Source: an uncultured Actinomycetota bacterium
Lineage (GTDB): Bacteria > Actinomycetota > Actinomycetes > Propionibacteriales > DAIQRJ01
Reading direction: 5' to 3'
NCBI GenBank assembly: GCA_963724495.1
Contig: CAVRUZ010000005.1
Span: forward strand, 94,193 to 158,192
DNA: 64,000 nt
In this document: positions 47,741 through 56,364 of the stretch, piece after piece
Position numbering within the stretch: position 1 is the stretch's first letter
How the letters are laid out: each line of letters starts with the position of its first letter
Notes under the pieces: model-generated
What the model saw: the letters and a program-made list of their open reading frames with translations, nothing else
Told to the model about the DNA's origin: nothing
Database searches by the model: none
Position numbers and translations under genes: made by a program

Positions 47741-47768
47741 ACACAGTAACGATATATCGTCAGTGTAT
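47741..47768. promoter_or_regulatory. AT-rich palindrome upstream of the PadR gene (autoregulatory operator/promoter candidate)
   Basis: ACACAGTAACGATATATCGTCAGTGTAT has a perfect 12-bp core ACGATATATCGT (47749-47760), with 11 of 14 matches in the extended arms. It lies 30-57 nt upstream of ATG 47711. Confidence 0.45.
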
Positions 47769-47773
47769 CGGCG

Positions 47774-48646
47774 TCAAGCCCAGGGATCGAGCCCCAACAG
47801 CCGCCGGCCGAGCGGCGTGAGCTCGGCGGGCTCGGTGCGCTGCTCCTCGATCCCGCGTGGATCACCGGGAAACGCGCTGCCGCCCGGATGGGTGTTGCGC
47901 CGCCAGGCATCCACCCGATCGAGGCGCGTCTCCTCGTCCGCACGCGCGGGGTTCATGCTGATGTACTGCGCGAGCCGAGGCTTGCTGGAGGTGTTGTGCC
48001 CGTTGCCGTGCAGCAGCTGAGTGGTCCAGATCAGCAGGTCGCCGGCAGCGAGACGCGGGTGGGTGACGGAATAGCCCGTGTAGTCAGGGTTCCGGGAGGC
48101 GATCTGCTCCGGAGACTGGGTCGCGAGGAAGGCCTCGAGGTTCTGGTACGTCTCGGGGATGCACTGGAACCCGCCCATGTCCGGCTCGGTGTCGGTGAGC
48201 GCGAGGACGCCCTGCACCCGGAACGGGATGTTCGGGTAGTAGCTCATGTCCTCGTCCCAGTGGATCATTCCCCGGTGGTCGTAGTCGGGATGCCGAGTGT
48301 CGACCGGGGGCTTGAGGCCAACCCGGTCGAGGGAAACCGACAGCCGATCCGTGCCGTGAACCGCCCGGAACACGTCGTACACGGCCGGGTGCTGCCGGTT
48401 GTCCCACATGGATTGGTAGTGGTACATCTCGAGCATCCCGTTGGGTCGGATGATGTCGGGCTGGTACCACGTCTCCGGATCGTCCGGGCTGGCCCCTGAG
48501 TGGCTCCAGACGTCGTCGATCGTCGCCTGCAGGTTCTCCTGCGGCACGACGCCTTGCACGATCACGTACCCGAACGTCTGGATCTGCTCGCGCCACCTGG
48601 CCGGGTCCTGGGTGGTGTAGTCCGGCGTCTTCACCGTTTCGCTCAT
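47774..48646 (-). CDS. Phytanoyl-CoA dioxygenase (PhyH) family Fe(II)/2-oxoglutarate oxygenase
   Basis: HxD facial-triad context 'MIHWDEDMS', distal His 'LLHGNGHN', and N-terminal 'FGYVIVQGVV'. Confidence 0.85.
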   Translation of the reverse strand: MSETVKTPDYTTQDPARWREQIQTFGYVIVQGVVPQENLQATIDDVWSHSGASPDDPETWYQPDIIRPNGMLEMYHYQSMWDNRQHPAVYDVFRAVHGTDRLSVSLDRVGLKPPVDTRHPDYDHRGMIHWDEDMSYYPNIPFRVQGVLALTDTEPDMGGFQCIPETYQNLEAFLATQSPEQIASRNPDYTGYSVTHPRLAAGDLLIWTTQLLHGNGHNTSSKPRLAQYISMNPARADEETRLDRVDAWRRNTHPGGSAFPGDPRGIEEQRTEPAELTPLGRRLLGLDPWA

Positions 48647-48758
48647 CTGGTGTCACTACTCCTGTCGTCGTGCTGAGAACGTGCCACTCGACATCCGATG
48701 CGCGTGCTGCAACGCCGAATCGGCCGTTGGGAGTCACGTTTCCAGCGGTCGGTACCCC

Positions 48759-50495
48759 TCAGCTGTTCTGCTCGCGCCATCGGCTGGTGATCGGCAGCCG
48801 CCGGTCCCGGCCGAACGCGAGCTCGGTGATCTTCGGGCCGGGTGCGAACTGCCGCCGCTTCCACTCTGCCCGGTCGACCATCGAGACCACCTCGTCGACC
48901 ATCGCCTCGTCGAAGCCGGCGTCGATGAGTCCGGCCCGCCCCTCCGCACCCTCGACGTAGCGGTCGAGGATGGCGTCGAGCACGTCGTACGGCGGCAGGA
49001 CGTCCTGGTCGGTCTGGCCGGGACTGAGCTCCGCTGAGGGCACTTTCGTGATGCTGGCCAGGGGAATCGGTGGCTTCTCCCCCTTGCGCTCCGCTTCGGC
49101 GTTGCGCCATCGGGCCAGCTCCCACACCACCGTCTTCGGCACGTCCTTGATCGGCGCGAAGCCGCCCACCGCGTCGCCGTAGATCGTCGAGTAGCCCACC
49201 GAGACTTCGCTCTTGTTGCTGTTGGCCAGCACCAGGTGGCCCTCGGCATTGTTCAGGGCCATCCAGATCACGCCGCGAATCCGTGCCTGCAGGTTCTCCG
49301 CGGCGATCCCCTTCAGCGAGAGGCTCTTCTGGAACACGTCGACCATCGGCGCGATCGGGATGACGCGGTAGTCCATGCCGAGATTGGCTGCCAGCTCGGC
49401 CGCGTCGTCCATGCTGCCCTGGCTGGAATAGTCGCTGGGGTTGGAGATTCCGACCACGTTCTCTCCACCGAGGGCGTCGGCGGCGATGGTCGCGACCAGC
49501 GTGGAGTCGATGCCGCCGGAGACACCCAGCAGCACCGACCGGAAGCCGTTCTTGCGCGCGTAGTCGCCGAGACCGAGCTTGACCGCCTCGTACACCTCGC
49601 CGATGGGATCGAGGCGAGCGGCGTTGGGAGCCGGCACCGGCTCGTAGGCAGGAACCTCGTGGTCGGACAGGACGATGAGCTCGGCGTCCGGCTGTGGCGC
49701 CTTCACCGCACGGACCGGCAGGTCGAGGTCCACCACCAGGACCTCCTCCCGGAACTGCGGGCCGCGGGCGAGGACCTCGCCGGACTCGGAGACGACGATC
49801 GAGTCACCGTCGAAGACCAGTTCGTCTTGTCCACCCACGAGATTCAGGTAGGCCAGCGTGCATCCGGCCTCGGCGGCGCGACGACGGCACAGCGCTAGCC
49901 GGGTGTCGTCCTTGTCCCGTTCGTAGGGTGACCCGTTGATCACCAGCAGGAGTTCCGCACCCGCCGCACTCGCCTCCGCGACCGGACCACCGTCCTGCCA
50001 CAGGTCCTCACAGATCGCCAGGGCGACGTCGACCCCGTGGATGCGCACGACGGTCAGACGATCACCCGGGGCGAAGATGCGGAACTCGTCGAAGACCCCG
50101 TAGTTGGGCAGGTGGTGCTTGGCGTAGCGGGCCACGACCTCACCACGGTAGAGAACACCGGCGCGGTTCTGCGGGAGTGGCCGGTTGGGGTCGGCGTCGG
50201 CCATTCCCGCCGCTGCCGTGCCCAGATACCCCACGACGACAGGCAGCTCGCCCAGTCCTGCTTCATCGAGCTCGCGGGCCAGCTCCCGCAGCCGGTGCTG
50301 CGACGCCGCGACGAACGAGCGCCGGAGCGCGAGGTCCTCGACCGGGTAGCCGGTGAGCGACATCTCCGGCGTCGCGAGCAGGTGCGCACCTGCCGCCTGA
50401 GCCGTCCTGGCTGCCTCGAGGATCAGCTGGGAATTGCCCACGAGATCGCCGACGGTCGCGTTCATCTGGGCCAGCGCGAGACGCAGCTGAGGCAT
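48759..50495 (-). CDS. nadE: Glutamine-dependent NAD+ synthetase
   Basis: N-terminal CN-hydrolase domain with the Cys context 'VALAICEDLW'. C-terminal synthetase PP-loop 'LLGVSGGIDS'. Confidence 0.93.
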   Translation of the reverse strand: MPQLRLALAQMNATVGDLVGNSQLILEAARTAQAAGAHLLATPEMSLTGYPVEDLALRRSFVAASQHRLRELARELDEAGLGELPVVVGYLGTAAAGMADADPNRPLPQNRAGVLYRGEVVARYAKHHLPNYGVFDEFRIFAPGDRLTVVRIHGVDVALAICEDLWQDGGPVAEASAAGAELLLVINGSPYERDKDDTRLALCRRRAAEAGCTLAYLNLVGGQDELVFDGDSIVVSESGEVLARGPQFREEVLVVDLDLPVRAVKAPQPDAELIVLSDHEVPAYEPVPAPNAARLDPIGEVYEAVKLGLGDYARKNGFRSVLLGVSGGIDSTLVATIAADALGGENVVGISNPSDYSSQGSMDDAAELAANLGMDYRVIPIAPMVDVFQKSLSLKGIAAENLQARIRGVIWMALNNAEGHLVLANSNKSEVSVGYSTIYGDAVGGFAPIKDVPKTVVWELARWRNAEAERKGEKPPIPLASITKVPSAELSPGQTDQDVLPPYDVLDAILDRYVEGAEGRAGLIDAGFDEAMVDEVVSMVDRAEWKRRQFAPGPKITELAFGRDRRLPITSRWREQNS

Positions 50496-50685
50496 GTGGC
50501 CAGCCTATGGGTGCGGGAAGCGTCCCCGCTCGGGGCCGCCGGTAGGAGGATCGAGGAGTCGTGGCAGCAGTGGTGGTGGCCGGTGGCTCGCACCGGAGTT
50601 CCGCCCGGGAAACCGGAACGGGGCCGCGCGGAGAATCCGCCCGGCCCCGATCTCAGTTGAGGTACCTGCTTCGTTCTGGTCCGGG

Positions 50686-50832
50686 CTAGAACACCCTGCG
50701 CCGGCTGCCGCCCAGCGGGACGAAGTTCAGGATCAGGCCGACCACGAGCAGGACAAGACCGATCCACAGCAGAACTGACAGTGATTCGACCACCAACCCG
50801 AGAACGACCAGAATGATGCCGAGAATGACCAT
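50686..50832 (-). CDS. Small hydrophobic protein, 48 aa, two TM segments (below the ORF-track size cut-off)
   Basis: The ATG at 50832 is preceded by AGGAGGCACC. It encodes MVILGIILVVLGLVVESLSVLLWIGLVLLVVGLILNFVPLGGSRRRVF with a TAG stop at 50686. GC3 is high. Confidence 0.6.
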   Translation of the reverse strand: MVILGIILVVLGLVVESLSVLLWIGLVLLVVGLILNFVPLGGSRRRVF

Positions 50833-50984
50833 GGTGCCTCCTGTGCCTTTGGCCCCGTCAAACGCAGTTAGTACCCACGCCGTTTTCGGTCAAACAATTG
50901 GGCGTCGGCCGAGACCGGATTGCAACACGACCACACGGTGGAACTGCTGCCCTCCCGTCGAGGAGCCTGGCAGGCTCACTTCGC

Positions 50985-51392
50985 ATGGCCCAGATCGATC
51001 TCATCCGTGAACTCTGCCTGCGCTACCCGATGACCGAGGAACGCCCGAGCCACGGTGAACCTGCCTGGTTCGCCGGCGGGAAGAAGATGTTCGCGATGTT
51101 TGCCGACCATCATCACGACGACCGCCTGGCCTGCTGGATCTCGGCCTCGCGCGACGATCAGCAGGCGCTGGTGGCCGCTGATCCCCTGCTCTGGTTCGTG
51201 CCTCCCTACGTCGGGACTCGCGGATGGGTCGGCGTCTTCCTGGACACGGCTGCCACGGGAGCGCCGGGAAGCGCAGGCGACGCCTGGCCGCAGATCGGTG
51301 AAGTGATCACCGACGGTTGGCGCATCGTGGCCGGCCGCCGGCTGCAGGACCGCTACGACGCCATGCGCCAAGAATCAGAGCTTCGCTCCTAA
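50985..51392 (+). CDS. MmcQ/YjbR family DNA-binding-fold protein
   Basis: 'LCLRYPMTEERPSHGEPAWFAGGKKMFAMF...YVGTRGWVGVFLD'. I trimmed the track ORF to ATG 50985. Confidence 0.8.
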   Translation: MAQIDLIRELCLRYPMTEERPSHGEPAWFAGGKKMFAMFADHHHDDRLACWISASRDDQQALVAADPLLWFVPPYVGTRGWVGVFLDTAATGAPGSAGDAWPQIGEVITDGWRIVAGRRLQDRYDAMRQESELRS

Positions 51393-51441
51393 AAACCCTC
51401 GCTGATGCGGCATCCCGGGGTGTGATCGTCACTCGGCGTTC

Positions 51442-52488
51442 ATGTGTGCTCACCGTAAGATGCTTCACATGACAAATACCGAGCGCACGCAGAAGAGCGG
51501 GGGCTACCGCGCGTCTTCGGACTTCGAGCGCGACATGTCCTACCTCACGACGCGCGTCACCAAGGACGGCGCGGACGGGTTCCCCGTCGAGCCGGGCCGC
51601 TATCGCCTGGTGGCCGCTCGGGCCTGTCCGTGGGCACAGCGCACGATCATCGTGCGCCGGTTGCTCGGCCTCGAGGACGCGCTGCCGCTGGCGCTCTGCG
51701 GTCCCGTTCACGACGAGCGCTCGTGGACCTTCGACCTCTACCCCGGGGGCGTCGATCCGGTGCTCGGCATCGAGCGACTGCAGGAGGCCTACTTCAAGCG
51801 CGACCCCGACTACGCCCATGGGATCACCGTGCCGGCCATCGTGGACACCACCACCGGAGCCGTCGTCACCAACGACTTCCCGCAGATGACGCTCGACCTT
51901 GGCAGCGAATGGGACGACTACCACCGCGCCGGTGCACCCGACCTCTACCCGGAGGGTCTGCGCCAGGAGATCGACGAGGTGATCGAGCTGGTCTTCGGCG
52001 TGAACAACGGCGTCTACACCTGCGGCTTCGCCGGTGACCAGGCTGCCTACGACCGCGCGTACAGCGAGCTCTACCGCCGGGTCGACAGGGTCACCGAGCG
52101 GCTGACGACATCGCGCTACCTGGTGGGCGACACGATCACCGAGGCCGACATCCGGCTGTTCACGACCCTTGTCCGCTGGGACGCGGTCTACCACTCCCAC
52201 TTCAACTGCAACCGGGAGAAGCTGACCGAGAACGAGGTGCTCTGGGCTTACGCCCGCGACCTGTTCCAGACGCCCGGATTCGGCGACACCACTGACTTCG
52301 AGCAGTGCAAGCAGCACTACTACGTCGTGCACACCGACATCAATCCCTCCGGCATCGTGCCGAACGGCCCGGAGCTGTCGAGCTGGCTGGAGCCGCACGG
52401 CCGCGAGGCCCTCGGCGGGCGCCCCTTCGGCGACGGAACCCCTCCGGGCCAGGTCCGCGAGAACGAGCAGGTGCCTGCCGTCGCCTGA
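51442..52488 (+). CDS. Xi-class glutathione transferase / glutathionyl-hydroquinone reductase (YqjG/ECM4-like)
   Basis: Catalytic 'ACPWAQRT' (CPWA motif), 'GITVPAIVDTTTGAVVTND', 'RLFTTLVRWDAVYHSHF'. In-frame alternative starts at 51460 and 51469. Confidence 0.85.
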   Translation: MCAHRKMLHMTNTERTQKSGGYRASSDFERDMSYLTTRVTKDGADGFPVEPGRYRLVAARACPWAQRTIIVRRLLGLEDALPLALCGPVHDERSWTFDLYPGGVDPVLGIERLQEAYFKRDPDYAHGITVPAIVDTTTGAVVTNDFPQMTLDLGSEWDDYHRAGAPDLYPEGLRQEIDEVIELVFGVNNGVYTCGFAGDQAAYDRAYSELYRRVDRVTERLTTSRYLVGDTITEADIRLFTTLVRWDAVYHSHFNCNREKLTENEVLWAYARDLFQTPGFGDTTDFEQCKQHYYVVHTDINPSGIVPNGPELSSWLEPHGREALGGRPFGDGTPPGQVRENEQVPAVA

Positions 52489-52522
52489 CTGGCGTCAGAC
52501 GCCGACCCTGACATGAGGGGCG

Positions 52523-53434
52523 TCAGACGCCCACCGTGAGTGACACGGTCATGCCGGTCAGGTCGCCGGCCACTGTGGCCAACTGGTCGACGCCCTCGTC
52601 GTCACCGAACACGTTGTCGGACTCCAGGCTGGTCTGGGAGAGGTTCTGCACGCTCTGTTCGTAGCCGTCGGAGGCGAACACCTGCTGGCAGGCGTCCTCC
52701 GGCAGGGCGATCTGCGATGTCTTCACGATCTGCCCCGATCCTGACGTGGCCGAGTCCAGGCTCTCGAACACCTCGAAGTGGATGTGCGGCCAGCGACCGG
52801 AGTAGCAGGCCGGGAAGATCGACTTGAACGTCGCGGTCCCCGAGCTGTCGGTCTCCTGCACCCCGCGCAGATAGTTCTCGTTCTCGGCGCCGCTGGAGTA
52901 CAGCGAGTACCTGCCCTCCCGGTCGCAGTGCCACAGATAGACGGCCGCACCGGCGAGCGGCTGGTCGCTGTCGGCATCGGCGACTCTGAGCTTGATCGTC
53001 ATGGGGATCCCCGCGGCCACGGTGTCGGAGGAGCCGTAGCTCGTGGTGATGTCGGAGCGGACGATCCCGGACTCGGTGAGCACGTCCGGCCCGTTGGATC
53101 CGTCGGCGGGATAGGGCCCGGCGGTCTCGTCCGGTACCTCGTCCACGTCGATCGTCGCCGTGTCGGCGGTCTCCTCAGTGGCGGTCGGGGTGGCCGTCGG
53201 TGTGGCCGTCGGTGTGGTCGCCGGCGGAGATGTGGCCGTACCGGCCGGCTCGTCGGGGTCGGCGGCGCACCCGGCGAGCGCGAACAGGCCGCCCCCGAAC
53301 AGAGCCAACATGCGTCGCCGGTTCACTGTCGCCAGGTCGAAGGCGAGACCCCGGTCGTGCACCGCCCGCACGTAGGACGCGTTGTCCTTGAAGGAGTCAG
53401 GGTCGGCGTAGTCGTCTGGATCGGTAGAGCGCAT
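52523..53434 (-). CDS. Intradiol ring-cleavage dioxygenase-family lipoprotein (Tat signal)
   Basis: 'NRRRMLALFGGGLFALAGC' (Tat motif plus lipobox), a Thr/Pro linker 'TPTATPTATPTAT', and the core 'LWHCDREGRYS...GRWPHIHFEV'. I trimmed the track ORF to ATG 53434. Confidence 0.8.
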   Translation of the reverse strand: MRSTDPDDYADPDSFKDNASYVRAVHDRGLAFDLATVNRRRMLALFGGGLFALAGCAADPDEPAGTATSPPATTPTATPTATPTATEETADTATIDVDEVPDETAGPYPADGSNGPDVLTESGIVRSDITTSYGSSDTVAAGIPMTIKLRVADADSDQPLAGAAVYLWHCDREGRYSLYSSGAENENYLRGVQETDSSGTATFKSIFPACYSGRWPHIHFEVFESLDSATSGSGQIVKTSQIALPEDACQQVFASDGYEQSVQNLSQTSLESDNVFGDDEGVDQLATVAGDLTGMTVSLTVGV

Positions 53435-53581
53435 GGCTGGTACTCCCTCGTCGTCGCCGGCTGCTCCGGCTGATGGGTCAATCGTGGCGACGCGACCATG
53501 GCCGGGCCTGTGTGAATTCTGTGCGGCCCCTGTGAACGCTGCAGCCACTTCTGTGGTGGTCGTGCCCTCAGCCGCCGGCAG

Positions 53582-55339
53582 TCAGCGCTCCAGACTGCCC
53601 TTCAGCCGCCCCCGGGCTGCGCCCCTAAGCCGCCCCCAGGCTGTGCCCTTCAGCCGCCCCCGGGCGGGGCCGCATCCGCCTCCGGCGGTTCGATGTCGTG
53701 CAGCGCGTTCGCCGTACCCGTCGGCCGGTCGCAGCTCAAGCCAGCGGGTGATGCCGATCTGGCGCAGGAACGGAAGGTCGTGGCTGGCCACGATGAGCGC
53801 TCCCGCGTAGGCGGTGAGGGCATCGGCGAGCTGCGCCACGCTGTCGAGGTCGAGGTTGTTGGTGGGCTCGTCGAGGAGGAGCAGCTGTGGCGCCGGTTGG
53901 GCCAGCAGGAGGGCGGCCAACGTCGCCCGGAACCGTTCGCCGCCGGACAGACTCGCGACGCGCTGCTCGGCGGCCCGCTGGACGAACAGGAACCGAGCCA
54001 GGGCGCCACGGATCCGGTTCTCGGTCGCATCCGGCGCGAAGCGGGCGACGTTGTCCACGATGCTGAGGCCTTCGTCGAGCACGTCGAGGCGTTGCGGCAG
54101 GTACCGGACCGGTACCGGGACCCGTACGGCATCCTCCGCCGGCTCCGCGGCCAGCTCGCCCACGATCGTGCGCAGCAGCGTGGTCTTGCCCGAGCCGTTT
54201 GCGCCGACGAGGGCAATCCGTTCTGGCCCGCGCACCTCCATCGACACCACGTCACCCGTGCGCAGGTACAGGTCCGAGACAGACAAGGCGATTCGCCCGT
54301 TCGGGATGACGGTGTCCGGCAGGTCGATGCGGATGACGTCGTCATCACGGACCGCGGCCTCAGCCTGCTCCAGCCGTTCCCGCGCCGCGGCCAGCCGCTG
54401 TTCGTGCACGTCCGCCGACTTACCGGCGGTCTCCTGCGCCGCCCGCCGGCGGGCGTGCGCGACCATCTTGGGCATGCCGCTGGCAGCGGCGCGGCGGCCC
54501 TGCTTGTCGTGCCTGGCCTGCTTGGTCTTCGACTCGGTCAGCTCCCGGCGCTCGCGCCGCACCTCGCCCTCGGCCGCCCGGACCGTCCGCTCGGCCGCCT
54601 CCTGCTCCACCGCCAGCGCGGACAGGTAGGCCGTCAGTGTGCCGCCGAAGACGCGTACTCCGTCGGGCCGCATGTCGGCCACCTGGTCCACGCGTTCCAG
54701 CAGGTCTCGGTCGTGACTCACCACCAGCAGGCTGCCGCGCCAGGCATCGACGGCTGCATAGAGGCGCCGGCGAGCGCTGAGGTCGAGATTGTTCGTCGGC
54801 TCGTCGAGCAGCAAGACGTCCGGGCCACGCAGCACTTCGGCCGCCAGCCGCAGCAGCATCGCCTCGCCGCCGGACAGCCCACCGATGCTCCGTTCCAGTT
54901 CCACGTGGCCCAGGCCAAGACGGTCGAGCGTGGCGCGTGCCTTCTCGTCGATGTCCCAGTCGTCGCCGATGCGGTCGTAGTCGGCTGTCTCGGTGGACCC
55001 GTGCTCCACCGCTCGGATCGCAGCCCGGATGGCATCGATGCCGAGCACGTGCTCGACCGATGCGTGGGCGTCGATGCTCAGTTGCTGCGGCAGGTAACCG
55101 AGCGAGCCGGTGATCGACACCGACCCACCCTGGGGTTGCAGGTCACCGGCGATCAGGCGGAGCAGCGTCGACTTGCCGCTGCCGTTGCGGCCGATCAGTC
55201 CGGTCCGGCCGGTCGACAGGGTCATGTCGAGATCGGTGAAGACCGGTGTGCCGTCGGGCCAGGCGAAGGTCAGACCGGTGCAGACGACGGCCGACCGACC
55301 CGATGCGGCCGATCCCTGTTGGCCAGCGAGAACAGACAT
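53582..55339 (-). CDS. ABC-F family ATPase (two NBDs, no TM domain; ribosome-associated/ARE-like)
   Basis: Walker A 'GRNGSGKSTLL' and 'GANGSGKTTLL', signatures 'LSGGEAM' and 'LSGGERF', and a charged inter-domain linker 'RRERRELTESKTKQARHDKQGRR'. The last ~45 codons are repeat-derived and have low GC3. An alternative +1 frame gives a stop at 53650. Confidence 0.88.
   Translation of the reverse strand: MSVLAGQQGSAASGRSAVVCTGLTFAWPDGTPVFTDLDMTLSTGRTGLIGRNGSGKSTLLRLIAGDLQPQGGSVSITGSLGYLPQQLSIDAHASVEHVLGIDAIRAAIRAVEHGSTETADYDRIGDDWDIDEKARATLDRLGLGHVELERSIGGLSGGEAMLLRLAAEVLRGPDVLLLDEPTNNLDLSARRRLYAAVDAWRGSLLVVSHDRDLLERVDQVADMRPDGVRVFGGTLTAYLSALAVEQEAAERTVRAAEGEVRRERRELTESKTKQARHDKQGRRAAASGMPKMVAHARRRAAQETAGKSADVHEQRLAAARERLEQAEAAVRDDDVIRIDLPDTVIPNGRIALSVSDLYLRTGDVVSMEVRGPERIALVGANGSGKTTLLRTIVGELAAEPAEDAVRVPVPVRYLPQRLDVLDEGLSIVDNVARFAPDATENRIRGALARFLFVQRAAEQRVASLSGGERFRATLAALLLAQPAPQLLLLDEPTNNLDLDSVAQLADALTAYAGALIVASHDLPFLRQIGITRWLELRPADGYGERAARHRTAGGGCGPARGRLKGTAWGRLRGAARGRLKGSLER
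53595..53664. repeat. ~24-bp tandem repeat (3 copies) at or after the 3' end of the ABC-F gene
   Basis: CTG(..)CCCTTCAGCCGCCCCCGGG / CTGCGCCCCTAAGCCGCCCCCAGG / CTGTGCCCTTCAGCCGCCCCCGGG. Each unit can form a short CAGCC...GGCTG stem. Confidence 0.75.
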
Positions 55340-55546
55340 GAAGAACTCCGAGAGGTCGCGGTCACAGCAGCACCCACGTGTGCGTGGGCTGCGGGAACGG
55401 GGAACGACCTCAGATGTTCAACGCGGACTTCACTCCTCGGTAGGGGAACGACCAGTCTAGAGAGCCGCGATCAGGTGGGGCAAAGCCGTAAGCACCACCC
55501 CGGATCACGCAGGCGCAGCCGGCCGGTCTCCTGCTCCTCGCGAGGC

Positions 55547-56305
55547 TCAGGCGTTCTCGCGGCGGAACGTGCTGGTCCCCCACCAGATGGCGATCACGGC
55601 GAGGCCGACGGTCCAGACCGATCCCCAGAGCAACGCACCCTGGGTGAAGTCACCGAGGAACGAGCCACGGACCGCGTCGACGATGTGGCGGACCGGCATG
55701 AAGTCACTGGTCCGCAGCAGCCAGGCCGGCCCGATGGTCATCGGCAGCAGGATTCCCGAGAGCAGCAGGACCGGCATCATCACCATGTTGATCACCGGCG
55801 CCATGACGTCCTCGCTCTTCGTGGTCAGCGCCAGCGCGTTCGAGGCGCCCGCGCAGGCTGCCCCGACGAGCATGGTCAGCACGACACCAAGGAACGCGCC
55901 CCAGATCGGTGCCTCCATGCCCATGGCGTATCCCAGCGCCACGAGCACGAGGGCCTGCACGCCAAGTTGAAGCACGTCGCGCATGAGCCGGCCCACCAGC
56001 AGGGCCGTGCGGCTGGCCGGGGTGACCCGCTCGGCCTCGATGACGCCATCGCGCCACTCGCCGATGAGGGTGAAGCCGGCGAAGAAGGCGCCGAAGATAC
56101 CCAGCTGCACGAGCAGCCCCGGAACCAGGAAGGTGTAGGCGTTCGCGGCCCCGAACTGCTGGGCCAGTGGCTTGAGCAGCGGCCCGAACAGCAGCAGGTA
56201 CAGCACCGGCTGCAGGAGGCCGATGATCACCCACGCGGGGTTGCGCAAGTTCATCCGCAACTGCCGGCGGAAGACGATGTAGCTCTCGCGGAAGAAGGAC
56301 ATCAA
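55547..56305 (-). CDS. ABC-2 type exporter permease (DrrB-like)
   Basis: 252 aa with six TM segments, directly downstream of the DrrA-like ATPase (59-nt gap). Confidence 0.88.
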   Translation of the reverse strand: MMSFFRESYIVFRRQLRMNLRNPAWVIIGLLQPVLYLLLFGPLLKPLAQQFGAANAYTFLVPGLLVQLGIFGAFFAGFTLIGEWRDGVIEAERVTPASRTALLVGRLMRDVLQLGVQALVLVALGYAMGMEAPIWGAFLGVVLTMLVGAACAGASNALALTTKSEDVMAPVINMVMMPVLLLSGILLPMTIGPAWLLRTSDFMPVRHIVDAVRGSFLGDFTQGALLWGSVWTVGLAVIAIWWGTSTFRRENA

Positions 56306-56364
56306 TAGCTCCGGTTCGAAAAGGACGGTTGGCGAAGAGTCATTGGAGGGCAGGCACGGCGGGC

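Noticed and set aside
7699-53735. Programmed +1 ribosomal frameshifting as an explanation for the frame breaks
   Set aside because: The breaks occur in unrelated genes, with no shared slippery or stall motif (such as a rare codon or stop, as in prfB) and no common downstream structure. Uniform sign and association with G/C runs fit insertion errors better.
53693-56308. Very long ORFs antisense to, or out of frame with, real genes. Examples: 53693-56308 (+), 16055-18175 (+), 17914-20154 (+), 3523-5322 (-), 5319-6680 (-), 5486-7582 (+), 31477-32304 (-), 33333-34571 (+), 63009-63932 (-)
   Set aside because: Their translations are low-complexity (R/G/P/A/H/D-rich) with no motifs. Their third-position GC is not elevated, whereas the overlapping ORF on the other strand or frame has clear family motifs. 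Stop codons are simply rare in GC-rich sequence.
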